Assembly: GCA_035457765.1 (NCBI GenBank)
Contig: DATIBA010000194.1
Span: 1 to 42,311, forward strand
Direction: 5' to 3'
DNA length: 42,311 nucleotides
Source: Gaiellaceae bacterium
GTDB lineage: Bacteria > Actinomycetota > Thermoleophilia > Gaiellales > Gaiellaceae
Shown here: one piece after another, positions 40,084 to 42,311 of the stretch
Numbering within the stretch: the first letter of the stretch is position 1
How the letters are laid out: the number at the start of each line of letters is the position of its first letter
Notes under the pieces: model-generated
What the model was told of the DNA's origin: nothing
What the model saw: the letters and a program-made list of their open reading frames with translations, nothing else
Databases searched by the model: none
Translations under genes and position numbers: made by a program

Positions 40084-40823
40084 TCCTCGGCCCAGCCGGG
40101 CGGCCTGTGTTCGAGGAACGCGCGCAACCCGTCCTGACCTTCCGCACTCGTTCGTCTCGTTGCCGCGATGCGCGCCGACTCGATGCCGGCGGGCCGCTCG
40201 CGAGCGAGGCTCTTCGCCGCACGCACCGCTTCGGGACCGCCCGCCAGGATCTCGCGCACGAACGCCTCGGCGGTCTCGCCTGCGTCTTCCGAAACCTCGT
40301 CCACGAGTCCGATCCTGAGTGCCGCCTCGGCCGTGAAGCGCTCGCCCGTCACGAAGTAGCGACGGGCTGCGGCACCGATCCTGGCGAGGACGAAGGGTGA
40401 GATGACTGCCGGAACGATCCCGAGCCGCACCTCCGTGAACCCGAAGACCGCGTCGGGCCAGGCAACCGCGATATCGGCGCACGCGACGAGCCCCGACCCA
40501 CCTCCAAGCGCGTACCCGTGCACGCAGCACACGACGGGAGCGGGACACGAGTCGATCGTCTCGAGCATCCGATAGAGGCGCATCGCGTCCTCGACGTTGT
40601 CGTCGTAGGAGAGATCGATCGAGGAACGCTGCCAGTCGACGTCCGCACCGGCGCAGAAGCTCGCCCCTTCGCCGGCGACGACGACGGCCCGCGCGCCGCC
40701 GACGTCCGCGAACGCCTCGGTGAGCTCTGCGATGAGGGCCGCGTCGAACGCGTTCCGACGCTCGGGCTTCGCGAGAGTGACCCGGAGGATGAGACCGTCC
40801 CGCTCCACGCGAAGCGCAGCCAT
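40080..40823 (-). CDS. Enoyl-CoA hydratase/isomerase (crotonase) family protein
   Basis: 247 aa. RVTLAKPERRNAF, GEGASFCAGADV, GYALGGGSGLVACADI, FGFTEVRLGIVP. Confidence 0.9.
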   Translation of the reverse strand: MAALRVERDGLILRVTLAKPERRNAFDAALIAELTEAFADVGGARAVVVAGEGASFCAGADVDWQRSSIDLSYDDNVEDAMRLYRMLETIDSCPAPVVCCVHGYALGGGSGLVACADIAVAWPDAVFGFTEVRLGIVPAVISPFVLARIGAAARRYFVTGERFTAEAALRIGLVDEVSEDAGETAEAFVREILAGGPEAVRAAKSLARERPAGIESARIAATRRTSAEGQDGLRAFLEHRPPGWAED

Positions 40824-40837
40824 CGACTCGACACCAT

Positions 40838-41311
40838 ATGGTTTCGCAGGTGGCCTCGAAGCGCTTCACGGTCGAGCTCGAGCGCGTCCAGAAGACCGCG
40901 ACGATGTTCCGCGTGCCGTTCGACCTGAAGGAGGCCTTCGGGCGGGCGCGTCCCCCGATCAGGGTCACGATTCGTGGGCACACGTGGCGAACGACGCCGG
41001 GTGTGTACGACGGGGTGGGCCATGTCGTCGTGAACCGAGCCGTGAAGGCCGCCACGGGAGTCGATGCCGGCGATCGTGTGCGCGTCACCATGGAGCTGGA
41101 CGCCGAGCCGCGGAGCGTCGCGGTTCCGGCCGATGTGCGAGCCGCCCTGGCATCCGACCCGGCCGCGCAGGCAGCCTTCGAAAGGCTGTCGTTCACGCAT
41201 CGGCGTGAGTACGTCGAGTGGGTCGAGGAGGCGAAGCGCTCGGAGACCCGGTCACGGCGTATCGGGTCGACCATAGAACGCGTCCGCCAAGGCGAGCCGC
41301 AGCGCCGATGA
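40838..41311 (+). CDS. DUF1905 + YdeI/OmpD-associated family protein
   Basis: 157 aa. N-terminal DUF1905-like beta domain (FRVPFDLKEAFGRARPPIRVTIRGHTWRTT...GDRVRVTMELD). The C-terminus is YdeI-like (ALASDPAAQAAFERLSFTHRREYVEWVEEAKRSETRSRRI). Confidence 0.7.
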   Translation: MVSQVASKRFTVELERVQKTATMFRVPFDLKEAFGRARPPIRVTIRGHTWRTTPGVYDGVGHVVVNRAVKAATGVDAGDRVRVTMELDAEPRSVAVPADVRAALASDPAAQAAFERLSFTHRREYVEWVEEAKRSETRSRRIGSTIERVRQGEPQRR

Positions 41312-42171
41312 CGCCGCTTCGCGGCGCGCTCGCCGCATCGGTCACACCGCTACGGGATCACGGGAGCGCGCTCGACGAAGACGCGTTCGGCCCGCTCGTC
41401 GACTTCTTCGTCCGGGAAAGTCTCGACGGCGTCCTTGCGCTGGGGACGGCCGGGGAGGGGATCCTCCTCCGGCCGGAGGAGCGACGTCGCGCGACCGACC
41501 TCTTCCTGCAGGCGTCCAACCGCCGGCTGCAGGTTGCGGTGCACTGCGGCGCGCAGACGACGGCCGACACGGTCGCGCTGTCGGTTCACGCTGCCGAGGT
41601 CGGGGCCGACGCCGTCGTCGTCATCGGGCCGCCGTACTTCCGGCTCGACGAGAAGGCCCAGTATGCGCACTTCCTGGCGGCGGCCACCGCGTGCGCCCCA
41701 CTGCCCTTCTACGTGTACGAGTTCGCTGCGACGACCGGGTACGAGGTCGCGCCGGCCGTGCTCGAACGGCTGCGGGAGGACGCCACCAACGTCGTCGGGC
41801 TCAAGGTTTCCGACACCCCGTTCGAGCGCTTCGCGCGCTACCTGCTCCCCGGCTTGGCCGTCTTCGTCGGGCCGGAGGCGCTCATCGCAGAGGGGATGGC
41901 CGCCGGGGCGGTCGGCGCCGTGTCGGCGCTCGCATCGGCCTTGCCGCGACACGTTGCCGGTGTTGTTCGTGACCCCACTCCGGAAGGCGCAGCCGCGCTT
42001 GGTGAGCTCCGCGCATTCGTCGAGCGTTTCCCGCGCCAGGCGGCGCTCAAGCGGCTACTCGGACTGCAAGGAATTCCGATCCACGAGGACGTACGGGCTC
42101 CCTTGCGCTCGCTCTCGCCGGAGGAGCGCGACGAGCTCGACGGCTGGTACGCATCGCTCTCCGCGCTGTGA
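41308..42171 (+). CDS. Dihydrodipicolinate synthase / N-acetylneuraminate lyase family (class I aldolase) protein
   Basis: 287 aa from ATG 41308 (ATGA overlap with the preceding stop). GTAGEG (compare GTTGE), IGPPYF (Tyr motif) and GLKVSD (Schiff-base Lys) appear in the right order and spacing. Confidence 0.85.
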   Translation: MTPLRGALAASVTPLRDHGSALDEDAFGPLVDFFVRESLDGVLALGTAGEGILLRPEERRRATDLFLQASNRRLQVAVHCGAQTTADTVALSVHAAEVGADAVVVIGPPYFRLDEKAQYAHFLAAATACAPLPFYVYEFAATTGYEVAPAVLERLREDATNVVGLKVSDTPFERFARYLLPGLAVFVGPEALIAEGMAAGAVGAVSALASALPRHVAGVVRDPTPEGAAALGELRAFVERFPRQAALKRLLGLQGIPIHEDVRAPLRSLSPEERDELDGWYASLSAL

Positions 42172-42178
42172 TGAGCCG

Positions 42179-42311
42179 TCAGCCTGCTCGCAACGACCGG
42201 ATAGCGCTCGCTAGCCACTTCCGTTCCACCGGCACGGAGGTGAAGCCCGCGTAGAGCTTCGTCCGGCTGTCGGCGCCGAGCGCCGTGACGCCGACCTGGC
42301 GGAAGTTGCCG
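42179..42311 (-). CDS. 3' end of an unidentified minus-strand gene (partial, runs off the window)
   Basis: The minus-strand frame reads ...GNFRQVGVTALGADSRTKLYAGFTSVPVERKWLASAIRSLRAG*, with almost every third codon position G/C. The stop TGA is at 42179-42181. It is too short to assign a family. Confidence 0.45.
   Translation of the reverse strand, partial: GNFRQVGVTALGADSRTKLYAGFTSVPVERKWLASAIRSLRAG

Overview
Very GC-rich, gene-dense chromosomal segment that looks actinobacterial: many GTG starts, Ala/Arg-rich proteins, and long Arg/Pro-rich shadow ORFs antisense to or out of frame with almost every real gene. I support about 33 protein genes. I found no rRNA, tRNA, CRISPR array, transposase, integrase or prophage signature, so this reads as core chromosome rather than an obvious accessory island. 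Left to right: family-5 ABC substrate-binding protein and an orphan zf-HC2 anti-sigma-like protein (-); atpD-atpC alone, without the rest of the atp operon (+); a metallophosphoesterase; a divergent pair of cyclic-nucleotide-binding proteins, one stand-alone and one fused to an MFS transporter; an SBP-SBP-hybrid histidine kinase operon (-; 1525-aa Cache/HAMP/PAS/GAF/HK/REC kinase); an MBL-like protein followed by a 1092-aa GATase1-STAND NTPase-TPR fusion (+); a structured leader and B12-dependent methionine synthase metH; a secreted hypothetical protein; an MFS transporter; meaB translationally coupled to ilvA; two tandem 1110-aa zinc-ribbon/class-III-cyclase/STAND/TPR paralogs; then a mixed block with MBL-rhodanese, YcnI-like, acyl-CoA dehydrogenase, SCP2, two holin-family membrane paralogs, DUF2269, biotin carboxylase-BCCP, enoyl-CoA hydratase, DUF1905/YdeI and a DapA-family lyase. 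The most unusual content is three large STAND/NLR-like NTPases within about 18 kb. Each has an N-terminal enzymatic domain (one glutamine-amidotransferase-like, two nucleotide cyclases) and a C-terminal helical-repeat region, and each lacks the LuxR-type HTH that normally ends this protein class. Two cNMP-receptor proteins and a possible cyclase relic also lie in the window. Whether these proteins form a signalling or defence system is inference. All calls come from reading the translations and sequence by eye; no searches or folding were run.
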